From contig JAGGAC010000026.1 in NCBI GenBank assembly GCA_017889635.1, positions 16,145 through 80,144 on the forward strand: a stretch of 64,000 nucleotides of DNA. The letters run 5' to 3'. Each line of letters starts with the position of its first letter. The first letter of the stretch is position 1. Position numbers and translations under genes: made by a program. Of the stretch, positions 1-9,333 are shown piece after piece. The DNA is from Bacillota bacterium. GTDB lineage: Bacteria > Bacillota > Negativicutes > Sporomusales > CTSoil-080. The notes beneath the pieces are model-generated. The model saw only the letters and a program-made list of their open reading frames with translations, made no database searches and had not been told where the DNA came from.

Positions 1-50
1 TCTTGATTAGTTTTTCCTTGGTTTGCAAATTGTATACTATTTCCATATGA

Positions 51-94
51 ATGAGGACTGCCCGTAGCTTTGAATAAGCAACTGGCAGTCCTCA
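51..94 (-). terminator. Intrinsic terminator at end of AGE/DJ-1/TPP/GH13 operon
   Basis: Inverted repeat ATGAGGACTGCC...GGCAGTCCTCAT just past the GH13 stop codon. Confidence 0.6.
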
Positions 95-100
95 TTTTAT

Positions 101-2527
101 TTAGCTCACCATTTTAAAGGCCACAACACCATTTGAAGGAATTACCATGTTGATATGCCCGCCGGAAGAAGAAAGCAAGCCGCCCATATTACCAATATCA
201 AAGCCATTATAAACTCCGGAATCACTGTTAAATACCTCCCGCCAATTCCCATCCGGCAGACTATCGCTATATATATCATAGCCGGCTGAAAATGGCGCAT
301 CATTTAAACTGGCACAAACCAGAAATTGCTGCTGACCGTACCAGCGCCTAAAGGCAATAATTCTATTGGCATTATGAACATGAATAACCGCTTTGTTGGG
401 AGAACGAAACGCAGCGTTTTCCTTGCTTAACTTAATAAGATCCTGATAGTACCGGTATAAAAAACGGCCATTTCCTCGTCGTTCTGCTTCAAAATTTTCT
501 TTGTTAAAGCTAAAATCATTATAGCGGTAGTCTTTCTGGAAGCCCACCTCCTCACCCATGAAAAACATCGGTATTCCCGCTGACAACAAAGTAAGACCGC
601 TGGCCACCCGGCACCGATTTTCGGCATAACGACGGGTTTCTCCACGCAGCGGCGCACGATTTACCGCCACCTCAATAGTTCGGCCTGACGAAGGTGAGTT
701 ACCGGCCTCGTCGTGTGATTCATGGTACACCACAGTATGTTCACCAGCATAATTAAAAGCTCCGGCGAAATAGTCCATCGCCAGCGGTCGGTTATCACCT
801 AAGCCGGCTACCTTCATCAGCCTGGCATACTCGCTGCCGCGCTCTCCGTCACCAATAAGATGGTGATAATAATTCGAATACCATACAGCATCAAACCCCA
901 GGCCGCCTTCAGAAGTTGGCTGAGTAACGCCCTGCCAGCCTGAATGATCTTCAGCGATCAGCATTATTTTAGGTTTTATCAGCCGCAAGGTCCGCGAAAA
1001 TTCTCTGAGGAACTTCGTCCCAAAGGCTCGTACATCTTCAAGCGGTCTGCCATCAACATGCAACTTGGGATAAAGATGCATTGAGCCAGTCTGGTCAACC
1101 CGCAGACCGTCAACATGGAATTCCTGCACCAATTGAGCTGCACTGCTGATAAACATTTTTCTGACCATCTCATCCCAAAACCTTGGCGAATATCCGGTAG
1201 ACTCATTATCGACATAACCGCCGTCAGGGCTAGGGTAATTAGACGGCTGCCCCTCATACCAAAAATAGATATTTTTATCATCCCTGGTCGAATCATAATG
1301 CCACTCAGCCCGTTCGCCATGATGGGCATAGTGGTTATAAACTACATCCAGCAATACAACTATTCCTCTTTGATGGCACTCCCGCACAAAATGTTTAAAC
1401 TGATCTCGCCCGCCGCCGGCAAACTCCACCGCGAGGTAATGCGAAGTCGCATATCCCCAGCTGGCCCAGCCTTCAAATTCACTCATCGGCATTAACTCAA
1501 TGGCATTTACCCCAAGCTCAACAAGGTAATCAATCATCTCCATTGCTTCTTTCAGTGATCCAGGAACAGGGCCAAACTGGTCATATTTGTCGTAGCCCAG
1601 CCCGCCAATATGCATTTCATATATAATTAAATCTTCCACTCTAGTTGGAATAGGGCGAGTTTGATTGAATTCATTCTGCCAAAAATCGTCTGAACTTAAC
1701 CATCTTGTCTGAGGGAAGGGTTCGTCAAACAACTCGGTAACTCGTTCCGGATCAATTACCACCGAACAACTCAGCATTCCCATCAAATCATGATAAGTTC
1801 CGTCCCACTGTTCTGTTTTTGGATTTTTACGGCCTTTGCCAATTTGGCATCTCGAATATAGATCGGTTCGATAGACTATGCTGCCATCCTCCTGGGTGAT
1901 TCGAAACATATACGGTGTATGGTCAAACGCCGCAAAGTTTCGGAGTTCAGGTGAGCTTCTAAGATCGCTATACCAAATGCCGGTGCTTTCATCCTTGTTT
2001 AACTTAAACTGACCTGGAGCGCTGATCATACCGGTGCCGTCATCCGCTATATATCCGCTGTCAGAGTTTCCCCTGACCATTTCCACCGCCTGGGCGTTCG
2101 GCGCCCACACCGAAAACATAATTGACGGATCAGCTGCATCAGCTAAATAATACTTGTTAGCCCCCAGCCGTCGACAATTTGTCAGAAAATATTCCTCGTT
2201 TTGTTCCCCTTGCCTCAAAACAAATTTCCGGTGTCGTAAATCCACGTTCTTATCATTTACTTCAGTAGGTATCCCCCATTGGTTAGGAATGTCCGGCCCA
2301 TCAAGCAGCACCCCCCACCTAAAAGTTTTGCCAGCCTCTGAGTCATTCAAGTTTACCCTGGCCGTAAAACTAGGACTGCCGGTATACGAACGCTCTTCAG
2401 TCATCGTTACGGTTGTCCATGTATCAGAGTAGTTTCCCGATTCATCCCAGCTGCCTGTTAATCTCACATTTCTAAAAAGTTCTCCATTTAAACCTACATG
2501 ATAGTTAAAAATAACACCAGCCACCAA
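101..2527 (-). CDS. GH13 alpha-amylase family protein (GlgB/TreZ-like) with extra N-terminal domain
   Basis: GH13 regions DVVYNH, GLRVD, IAEDHS, ESHDE; FSVWAPNA and IYEMHIG motifs; TTG start after GGAGGTG RBS. Confidence 0.85.
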   Translation of the reverse strand: MVAGVIFNYHVGLNGELFRNVRLTGSWDESGNYSDTWTTVTMTEERSYTGSPSFTARVNLNDSEAGKTFRWGVLLDGPDIPNQWGIPTEVNDKNVDLRHRKFVLRQGEQNEEYFLTNCRRLGANKYYLADAADPSIMFSVWAPNAQAVEMVRGNSDSGYIADDGTGMISAPGQFKLNKDESTGIWYSDLRSSPELRNFAAFDHTPYMFRITQEDGSIVYRTDLYSRCQIGKGRKNPKTEQWDGTYHDLMGMLSCSVVIDPERVTELFDEPFPQTRWLSSDDFWQNEFNQTRPIPTRVEDLIIYEMHIGGLGYDKYDQFGPVPGSLKEAMEMIDYLVELGVNAIELMPMSEFEGWASWGYATSHYLAVEFAGGGRDQFKHFVRECHQRGIVVLLDVVYNHYAHHGERAEWHYDSTRDDKNIYFWYEGQPSNYPSPDGGYVDNESTGYSPRFWDEMVRKMFISSAAQLVQEFHVDGLRVDQTGSMHLYPKLHVDGRPLEDVRAFGTKFLREFSRTLRLIKPKIMLIAEDHSGWQGVTQPTSEGGLGFDAVWYSNYYHHLIGDGERGSEYARLMKVAGLGDNRPLAMDYFAGAFNYAGEHTVVYHESHDEAGNSPSSGRTIEVAVNRAPLRGETRRYAENRCRVASGLTLLSAGIPMFFMGEEVGFQKDYRYNDFSFNKENFEAERRGNGRFLYRYYQDLIKLSKENAAFRSPNKAVIHVHNANRIIAFRRWYGQQQFLVCASLNDAPFSAGYDIYSDSLPDGNWREVFNSDSGVYNGFDIGNMGGLLSSSGGHINMVIPSNGVVAFKMVS

Positions 2528-2564
2528 ATCTGCACCTCCGATTAATCTTATTAATCTATCTAAA

Positions 2565-3896
2565 TTAGTTAAAATCCCCCTTAGATTCCTGGATATCAGC
2601 AGCCCTTAGTGCGGCCATAATTTTTTTGCGCCGCGCTTGATCTTCAACGCCCTCCGCGATAGCGCGCTGGGTACGGCCTGAATAATCCTCAATGTCGGTA
2701 TCCGCTCCATTGTCCAGAAACCATCGTATCTGAGCAAGATATCCCTCTAATTGGTCAGGAGCAACGGTAGTAGCGCGTAGTACGGTGTCATGAAGAGCTG
2801 TTAAACCATTAGCTGTAGGCTGCTCATTCAAGGCAGCAGTAAGTGCCTGTGAACTCATGTGCCGCCCAATCTCTTGAAGAATTTTCAAGTGATTGAAGAC
2901 AGCAGCACGAATGATTGCGTGAACTCCCATTGGGTGACGCTCGCGGACAATGGGATCGGCCCCTTTTTCAAGCAGATACTTGACAAGCATAATTCGAAGT
3001 TCCGCCACGTTTTGGTTGGGTGGAATTCCATTATTTCCTGTGACTGCTACTATCAGTGGCGGTTGCTGCAACGGTCCGCCCAGCCGATTCAAATCGATAT
3101 TTTTCGTTTCAACAAAGCTTTTAATTTCTTCAAGTAGATTTTTAAAGTTTCCCGTTTCTTTAGCTGCCCGCGCAAGTACCTCCTCCATCATACCGATAAG
3201 AGTATCGCTTAACTGCTGGTCAGCGGCCTGGTCCGGCAAATATACTGGTGCGATCCGCCCCAAAAGAACCTTATAGTAAGCAGCTTTCGCCGCCTTGGAA
3301 CTGTCATAAGATTTAATCACCTCAAGCATCGGTTCATTTTGAAACTGACCGGCAAGTTCGCTCCCGCCCAAACCTCGCACAGTGGTAGCAGCTGTGTTTG
3401 CGCCGGATTTCAGCGCGAATTCAGCTAAAGCCAAATGTCCGTAGAATACTGCTTGAAGAAACAAAGTATGGCCGTTAAGCTCCCAAATCCGGTCAAGATG
3501 GTCCGGACATTTAGTCAAAAGCAGTTTAGCGGTCTGAACATTTCCTGATTGACCTGCGAAATGAATCGGAAGAGCCCCTGATTTTCGATGCGCGAGATCT
3601 GAACTGGCCTGACGAAAAGGACCATTTATAAGCAAATCAACAGCATAAGCCTGTCCTCTAACCGCTGCCGCAAGAAGCGGCGTCCAGCCGTCCTCATCAT
3701 ATTGGTCAGGATTGCCACCATAATCTAGCCAAGCGCCGAGTCCTCTTATATCACCATCTCTAGCCATTCCAACTATCCGACCTATATCCGGTTCACCGGC
3801 ACATTGATCACCACATTGGATATTCAACGCATAATCTTTTGTATAAGAGTTTCTGTTTCGCCGGCATCCAGCAGCATCATAAATTTGAATATCCAC
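2565..3896 (-). CDS. Ankyrin repeat protein
   Basis: Repeats GWTPLLAAA, GALPIHFAG, GHTLFLQAV, QPPLIVAV, GLTALHDTV; GTG start after GGAGG RBS. Confidence 0.8.
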   Translation of the reverse strand: MDIQIYDAAGCRRNRNSYTKDYALNIQCGDQCAGEPDIGRIVGMARDGDIRGLGAWLDYGGNPDQYDEDGWTPLLAAAVRGQAYAVDLLINGPFRQASSDLAHRKSGALPIHFAGQSGNVQTAKLLLTKCPDHLDRIWELNGHTLFLQAVFYGHLALAEFALKSGANTAATTVRGLGGSELAGQFQNEPMLEVIKSYDSSKAAKAAYYKVLLGRIAPVYLPDQAADQQLSDTLIGMMEEVLARAAKETGNFKNLLEEIKSFVETKNIDLNRLGGPLQQPPLIVAVTGNNGIPPNQNVAELRIMLVKYLLEKGADPIVRERHPMGVHAIIRAAVFNHLKILQEIGRHMSSQALTAALNEQPTANGLTALHDTVLRATTVAPDQLEGYLAQIRWFLDNGADTDIEDYSGRTQRAIAEGVEDQARRKKIMAALRAADIQESKGDFN

Positions 3897-3937
3897 TTCT
3901 CTTACCTCCGTATAGGGAATTGAGGTTTAAAACGACA

Positions 3938-5611
3938 CTAGCTTTTAGTTTGATTGACTAATAGATCAATTAAAAACGGTCCTTGATGATTAAACATTTT
4001 TTCGATAGCGGGTCTTATGTCAGCAGGTTTTTCAACTCGGACGCCAGTAACACCCAATGCCTCAGACAGTTGTACATAATTTATCTCAGGAGTTTTGATA
4101 TAAAAGGATTCCGGGAAATTACGCCCCGTGATTTGGTGCTCCTGCCAATACTGGCGAAGATTATTTTGCAGTATTCTATACCCCTGGTTGTTACATACAA
4201 CAAACTTTGCTCCGATGTTGTAATGAGCAGCCGTCCACAAAGCCTGGATTGTATACATGCTGCCCCCATCGCCGCCAAAGCCAATCACCGTAGCTTCAGG
4301 CGCGGCAATTTTAAGACCTATTGCCCCCGGAATGCCGACTCCCAAGGAAGTCCATCTGGTTTGAAAAAAGCATCCAGGCTTTGTGCTAAGAATGTAACGG
4401 TTCAATTCGACGGAACAAGTTTCGGCTTCATCAAAAATAATCGTATTCGGCGGCATATGTTCAGCAAATTCCCGCATAAACCGACCAGGTATCACTGGAA
4501 TAGAATCCCAAGACTCAATATCCGCTTTTATTTCCAAATCAAGCTGGGATCTTTTTTCGTCAGCCAACATTTTATTACGCTCTAGAACAGTTTCTTTTTG
4601 CTCTGAAGTTTGAATACGTTCAACAATGCTGTTGAGTTTCTTAAACGTTAACTTAGGATCACTTACAATGCCAATATCCACTGGGAAGTTCTTGGCTATT
4701 TCATAAGCGTTCAAGTCAATATGAATAAGTGGTTTACCATGAGGGAAAATATCCGCCAACAATGGGAATACCTCCGGGAATAAATAAGTGCCGCTGACAA
4801 AAATCACATCCGCCTTTGCCATAGCTGCTTTTGAATATTTGCCTGACATATGATTCAATAGCCCGCGATAATTTGGATTCGCTCCGCTAATATTCATTTC
4901 AGAGCCTTCCGCAGCCCAAACTTCTGCCGCAACAAGCTTTACTAACTGAGCCAATTCGTCTTGAGCTCCAGAATAGGCAATTCCATCGCCAATAATAAAA
5001 ACTGGATGTCTGGCATCAATAAGCATTTTAGCAACCCTTTCCAGTTGAGAATCATCCGGCGCTGTACGGGTATCAAGTATTGTCGAAGGAACAATCTCTT
5101 CTTCGCTTTGCATGTCCAGTATATCCATTGGCAAACAGACAAAAACCGGTCCCATTGGCGGAGTCGAAGCAACTTTTACAGCCCTTCGAATTACTCTGAG
5201 CAGCGAAGAGGAATCCACTACCCGTGTCGCCCATTTCGTCACCGGCTTAGCCATAGCCACAATATCGGCTGCCATATGTGCTTCCATTGCGTCGTATTTT
5301 ATGCCAGCTTCACCAGCAAGTACAATAAGTGGGGCATGTCCCCGCATCGCCTGGTACAACATGCCAATGCCGTTTCCCAGACCAACCCCGGAATGAAGCT
5401 GAATAACAGCCGGTTTTTTTGTTTTTCTGGCAAAACCGTCGGCAATTGCCACAGCTGTAGCTTCCTCCAGAGCCAGGATATATTGGAACTCTGGATAGTA
5501 GTCCCCTACCGCATCAAGCAGCCCCTGCTCCACCGATCCCGGATTGCCGAACATATATTTTATTCCATCAGCCAGTAATTGCTCTATGACCGCATGTCTT
5601 CCGGTTCTAAT
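3938..5611 (-). CDS. Thiamine pyrophosphate-binding enzyme (benzoylformate decarboxylase/acetolactate synthase-like); probable ATT start at 5611 (first ATG at 5554)
   Basis: MFGNPGS, GPVFVCLP and TPP motif GDGGSMY...NN; family-type N-terminal segment TGRHAVIEQLLADGIKY is in frame upstream of the ATG. Confidence 0.85.
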   Translation of the reverse strand: MRTGRHAVIEQLLADGIKYMFGNPGSVEQGLLDAVGDYYPEFQYILALEEATAVAIADGFARKTKKPAVIQLHSGVGLGNGIGMLYQAMRGHAPLIVLAGEAGIKYDAMEAHMAADIVAMAKPVTKWATRVVDSSSLLRVIRRAVKVASTPPMGPVFVCLPMDILDMQSEEEIVPSTILDTRTAPDDSQLERVAKMLIDARHPVFIIGDGIAYSGAQDELAQLVKLVAAEVWAAEGSEMNISGANPNYRGLLNHMSGKYSKAAMAKADVIFVSGTYLFPEVFPLLADIFPHGKPLIHIDLNAYEIAKNFPVDIGIVSDPKLTFKKLNSIVERIQTSEQKETVLERNKMLADEKRSQLDLEIKADIESWDSIPVIPGRFMREFAEHMPPNTIIFDEAETCSVELNRYILSTKPGCFFQTRWTSLGVGIPGAIGLKIAAPEATVIGFGGDGGSMYTIQALWTAAHYNIGAKFVVCNNQGYRILQNNLRQYWQEHQITGRNFPESFYIKTPEINYVQLSEALGVTGVRVEKPADIRPAIEKMFNHQGPFLIDLLVNQTKS

Positions 5612-5627
5612 AACCCTTCATCCTTTC

Positions 5628-6377
5628 CTACCAGCCATATTTCCGTAGTCCATTTTCAAGGACTTCGACCAGTTTTTGTCCGCAAAGATACGAACACGCC
5701 GTAGAACGGGCCGAAATAAATGGATAATCTACAATAACCGAAGTTCTTTGCCCGACATTACCATGGTACTGACCGTTTGGCCCAACGGCGTCTCGCAAGA
5801 TGTATTCCAGCGGATAAGGCGGCGGCCCGATGACAAAATCAGTCCCTAAAAACAAATTAAAGTCCCGAGCAAAAGCCAGGCAGGTAACCCCATAGCATTC
5901 AACGGCAATAGGCTTGTCCTTTTTGTAAAAGGCTAATATCATATCATGTACCCGTCGGTTATTTACCATATCGACAATTGGTCCGCTTCCGCCTACTATA
6001 AGCAGCGCATCATATCTATCCAAGCCGCGTTCTGCTTTCTCCAGAAGACTATAATAGCTTTCCATCTCTTTTAAATAGTTAGGCGAACTAAGGTAAGGGC
6101 GTTCGGGAAACATTTTTTCGATGTTCTCAGGATTATTTAACCTCCCGGACGAGTCAATGTCCCTGGTCTTTTTCGCCATTTCCTCCGACACCACCGTCCG
6201 TCCCAGCGGCGGATCAACGAAACTTGCGTCCATGCTTGGCGGCAGAGCATGAGGAATTTTCCCCTTGGGCGTGGCAAATACCGTGGTATAGCCTGCTTGA
6301 TCAAACGTTTCCAGCGGACCGACGAGTTCTTCGCCCCAGTAGCCATACTCTGATAAAACCGCAAGAATTTTTTTCAT
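5628..6377 (-). CDS. Type 1 glutamine amidotransferase-like (DJ-1/PfpI) protein, probably with an internal in-frame deletion
   Basis: SEYGYWGEE, GGSGP and nucleophile-elbow ECYG; ATG at 6377 with GGAGGGAG RBS. Confidence 0.8.
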   Translation of the reverse strand: MKKILAVLSEYGYWGEELVGPLETFDQAGYTTVFATPKGKIPHALPPSMDASFVDPPLGRTVVSEEMAKKTRDIDSSGRLNNPENIEKMFPERPYLSSPNYLKEMESYYSLLEKAERGLDRYDALLIVGGSGPIVDMVNNRRVHDMILAFYKKDKPIAVECYGVTCLAFARDFNLFLGTDFVIGPPPYPLEYILRDAVGPNGQYHGNVGQRTSVIVDYPFISARSTACSYLCGQKLVEVLENGLRKYGW

Positions 6378-6408
6378 AAGCTCCCTCCACACTGAACATA
6401 ATTGTCAA

Positions 6409-7044
6409 TCATAGAGATTCCCCGTTTTCAACCTTCAATATTTGTTCAACAATTTTGTCAACGAAAAGCGCTGTCTCATGATAGGTACGACCGGTCACCA
6501 AATCTTTATCGACTACTACACCAGAAGGATCATCACTAAACACGCCGCCGGCATTTATTATATCTGCAAGAACTACGTTATTGCAGATAACCTTTCGGTT
6601 CCGCAAAAGCTCCGGATTAGGCGTGATAATCCACAGGCCATGGCATAACGCTCCTTTTATAATCCGTTGGCTTTTCATTGCTCGGGCGTAAAAATCTACC
6701 GCTGGAGCGGTCTTTACCATATCAGCTGTGATTGGCTTCTTGTCAGGCGGTTCAAAATGTCTTAACCGTACACTAGTATAGTTCGCTGACATAATTACAG
6801 CCGCATAGTCCTCAAGTTTAACCTTATCGAAGTCGATACTCACATCTAAAGTTTCCGGTGTTTTTCCTGCTTCACTCACCGTGCTGATAAAAGTCATTTT
6901 GGCGTTCCCCCATAATCTGGACATAAAGTCTACAACCATCCCATACTGATTAAATTTTTCACGATATACTGCAATTTCTTCTGGGATATACTGACTTTCC
7001 ACAAGAATTGCAACCTTTTTATTTTGTAATTTATCGTTATTCAC
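6409..7044 (-). CDS. DJ-1/PfpI family protein
   Basis: KKVAILVE, LCHG elbow and VVVDKDLVTGR motifs. Confidence 0.85.
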   Translation of the reverse strand: MNNDKLQNKKVAILVESQYIPEEIAVYREKFNQYGMVVDFMSRLWGNAKMTFISTVSEAGKTPETLDVSIDFDKVKLEDYAAVIMSANYTSVRLRHFEPPDKKPITADMVKTAPAVDFYARAMKSQRIIKGALCHGLWIITPNPELLRNRKVICNNVVLADIINAGGVFSDDPSGVVVDKDLVTGRTYHETALFVDKIVEQILKVENGESL

Positions 7045-7069
7045 TTCGCCACCACTTCCCTCACTCTAG

Positions 7070-9097
7070 TCATTTACTGCAGCGCGGGCAAAATTGAACA
7101 TTAATTGTTTTGCCAAGATCTTCTTTTCTAAGCTGAATCTGAAAATTATCTTTATCAAAATTCGTTCGCGGAACACCGTTTATAGTTATACTTACAATCT
7201 CAACATCATTCGGTTTGAAAAAATCAGGCAGCACATTAATTGACAGTAAAGAGCTATTTACCGATGGTATGAAATACATGGAAAAGGTTTTTTCGCCTGG
7301 CGGACGATTTCCAACATAAGAACTTAAATAAATGTGCGCTAAATAGTTAAGTTCAAAGGCATGGTAGCCAGCCTTAGCATGGCTGCCCTTATTGGCGTAC
7401 TCGCCTTGGATTATCGGAACGCCGTTGTCATTGACCCGGAAATAAATTCCCCTATGCTCCCGGTCCAGAAAATATACATTCCAAAACGCCATCATTTCTC
7501 TGGCCAATTTCAGGTATCTGCCATCCTTAGCATCAGCGCCATGCAGTATCAGGTATGCCAGAATCGCCTGTTCCTGCTGCCAAAAATCTTTAGTATTGCT
7601 CCAGGCAAACTCTAGCGGCATACCATTGCCAGGTTCCCGCTCCACAGTATCAAATAAGCCGCCATGAATAACGTCCACGCCATGTGTCGCGATCTTATCC
7701 CCGATATTTTGGGCAAGCTCAATATAACGCTTGGCCTGAGATGCGTATTTTCCGGCTTTATCTTTATCACCGGCTTCAAGGTATTCCCTTTCCCGGCACA
7801 ATAAATAATAAGCGCACCGTGTTAAGTTCCAGGCAATTTTAAGATTATGCCCAACAACCGCCCGGTTCTGCTGCCAGGAATAGCTATGATCAGGTTTCCA
7901 GTCATCCATAAACCGTTCATTGACATAAGGATTTCCACCGTCAGGAAACTTTTCTACAATAAATCCCAGCGTCATCTCCAACATGTCCCGGCATTTATCT
8001 CTTATGCGAATCAAATTGCCGCTGTTATCGCCAATCGGCAACGGATCAAGAGCCGAAAGAAGGTTGACAAGATAGGCCGGAATGTGATCGCCGATCGAAT
8101 TCCAGTTCTTGCGCAGTTTATTTTTACCTAAAGCCTCAGAATCAGGGCGCATTGTCACATAGTCGATATGGGAAAAGTAGCCGCCATTCCCTGGAAAGCC
8201 TTTAACCTTGGCCTTTTCATCATCTAAGTAGAAATCATTGAAGGCATTAATGGTACGCTCGATATCTTTTAAAACTTCCCACTCCTGGGTAATACGATAA
8301 TACTGTGCCAAACCTGCCAGGGCATAAATTTGTTCGTACAAAGGAATAGAGTTTAAGTCATCAGGATTTTGCGACGGAATAACCAGTTTGGAACTGGTTT
8401 TAAGTTTTCGCCACCCATGAGCCCAAATACATTGCGTTCCGTCATGGGTAAGACTCCGAAACGTCTGACGCTGATACTCAACACCAGCCTTAGCCGCAAG
8501 GTAATATCTGCGGCTGCCGGTCAATAGATAAGCTGACGACAGTCCGTAAATCAAACGCGAAAGCGTGGCGCATTCCTGAATATTATCATCTGTTTCTCCG
8601 CCAAGAATATTAAGATTAGTGCGATATAATTCAGCAAAATCATCGGTAGCATAGTTGCGTCTAGTACCAAAGATATCATCCAGCCATTCGTCAGCCAACA
8701 ACCTAATCTGGTTAAGCCACCAATGGGTTTCTTCAAACGCCAAAATATCCGGGACTGAGTTTAAAATATGTATAATACTGGCATCAAAACTTGACGCTGA
8801 TTCTACCTCCTGATAAATCCCCTCAACCGCTAGCAGCCAACCGATACTAATATTCTTTTTTATTTTTTTGCAGATATCCGAACAAGAATCATTAACTGGC
8901 TCAGGCAGTCGGTTTCGCTCCAATGTGTCAAGGTTCTCTACTACCTTAAACTCTGTATTAGCGCGCACTCTGACTTTAAAGCTGTCACCGCTGCGACACT
9001 GAAGCGTAAACGAGTTACCATCAGCATCAATCGCGGTTACGTCGCCCATGATGCTGACTTGCTGAATAAACTGTTTCATTACTGCCATTTCCTCCAT
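7070..9097 (-). CDS. AGE family (N-acylglucosamine 2-epimerase-like) epimerase/isomerase with N-terminal extension
   Basis: SRLIYG, KNWNSIGDH, GHNLKIAW, KDFWQQEQA, KGSH..GYH motifs of the (alpha/alpha)6 AGE superfamily; start may be ATG at 9088 or 9079. Confidence 0.8.
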   Translation of the reverse strand: MEEMAVMKQFIQQVSIMGDVTAIDADGNSFTLQCRSGDSFKVRVRANTEFKVVENLDTLERNRLPEPVNDSCSDICKKIKKNISIGWLLAVEGIYQEVESASSFDASIIHILNSVPDILAFEETHWWLNQIRLLADEWLDDIFGTRRNYATDDFAELYRTNLNILGGETDDNIQECATLSRLIYGLSSAYLLTGSRRYYLAAKAGVEYQRQTFRSLTHDGTQCIWAHGWRKLKTSSKLVIPSQNPDDLNSIPLYEQIYALAGLAQYYRITQEWEVLKDIERTINAFNDFYLDDEKAKVKGFPGNGGYFSHIDYVTMRPDSEALGKNKLRKNWNSIGDHIPAYLVNLLSALDPLPIGDNSGNLIRIRDKCRDMLEMTLGFIVEKFPDGGNPYVNERFMDDWKPDHSYSWQQNRAVVGHNLKIAWNLTRCAYYLLCREREYLEAGDKDKAGKYASQAKRYIELAQNIGDKIATHGVDVIHGGLFDTVEREPGNGMPLEFAWSNTKDFWQQEQAILAYLILHGADAKDGRYLKLAREMMAFWNVYFLDREHRGIYFRVNDNGVPIIQGEYANKGSHAKAGYHAFELNYLAHIYLSSYVGNRPPGEKTFSMYFIPSVNSSLLSINVLPDFFKPNDVEIVSITINGVPRTNFDKDNFQIQLRKEDLGKTINVQFCPRCSK

Positions 9098-9213
9098 TCA
9101 AATTGCGCTCTTCTCACCACAAAATTTCATTCACTTCATACAACACGTTACTTATTATTTCTCAATATACTAGTTACTATGTCCCGCCTACCGCTAAGCA
9201 GCTTGCAAAACAA

Positions 9214-9258
9214 AAACCTGCTCACCAGGCTTAACTTCAGCCAAAATGAGCAGGTTGA
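9214..9258 (-). terminator. Intrinsic terminator after DJ-1/PfpI gene
   Basis: AACCTGCTCA...TGAGCAGGTT stem followed by T-run on minus strand. Confidence 0.55.
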
Positions 9259-9333
9259 TTACTTATGGTATTTATTCTTCAAACCATTATCGAGCAGTAT
9301 CAGCCATGAGGCCAATATAAATGCTTTGTTATC

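Noticed and set aside
9170-9205. Sporulation sigma-like promoter (CATAGTAA) for the AGE operon
   Set aside because: The -35 does not match the TAGCA seen at the two microprotein promoters; too weak to call.
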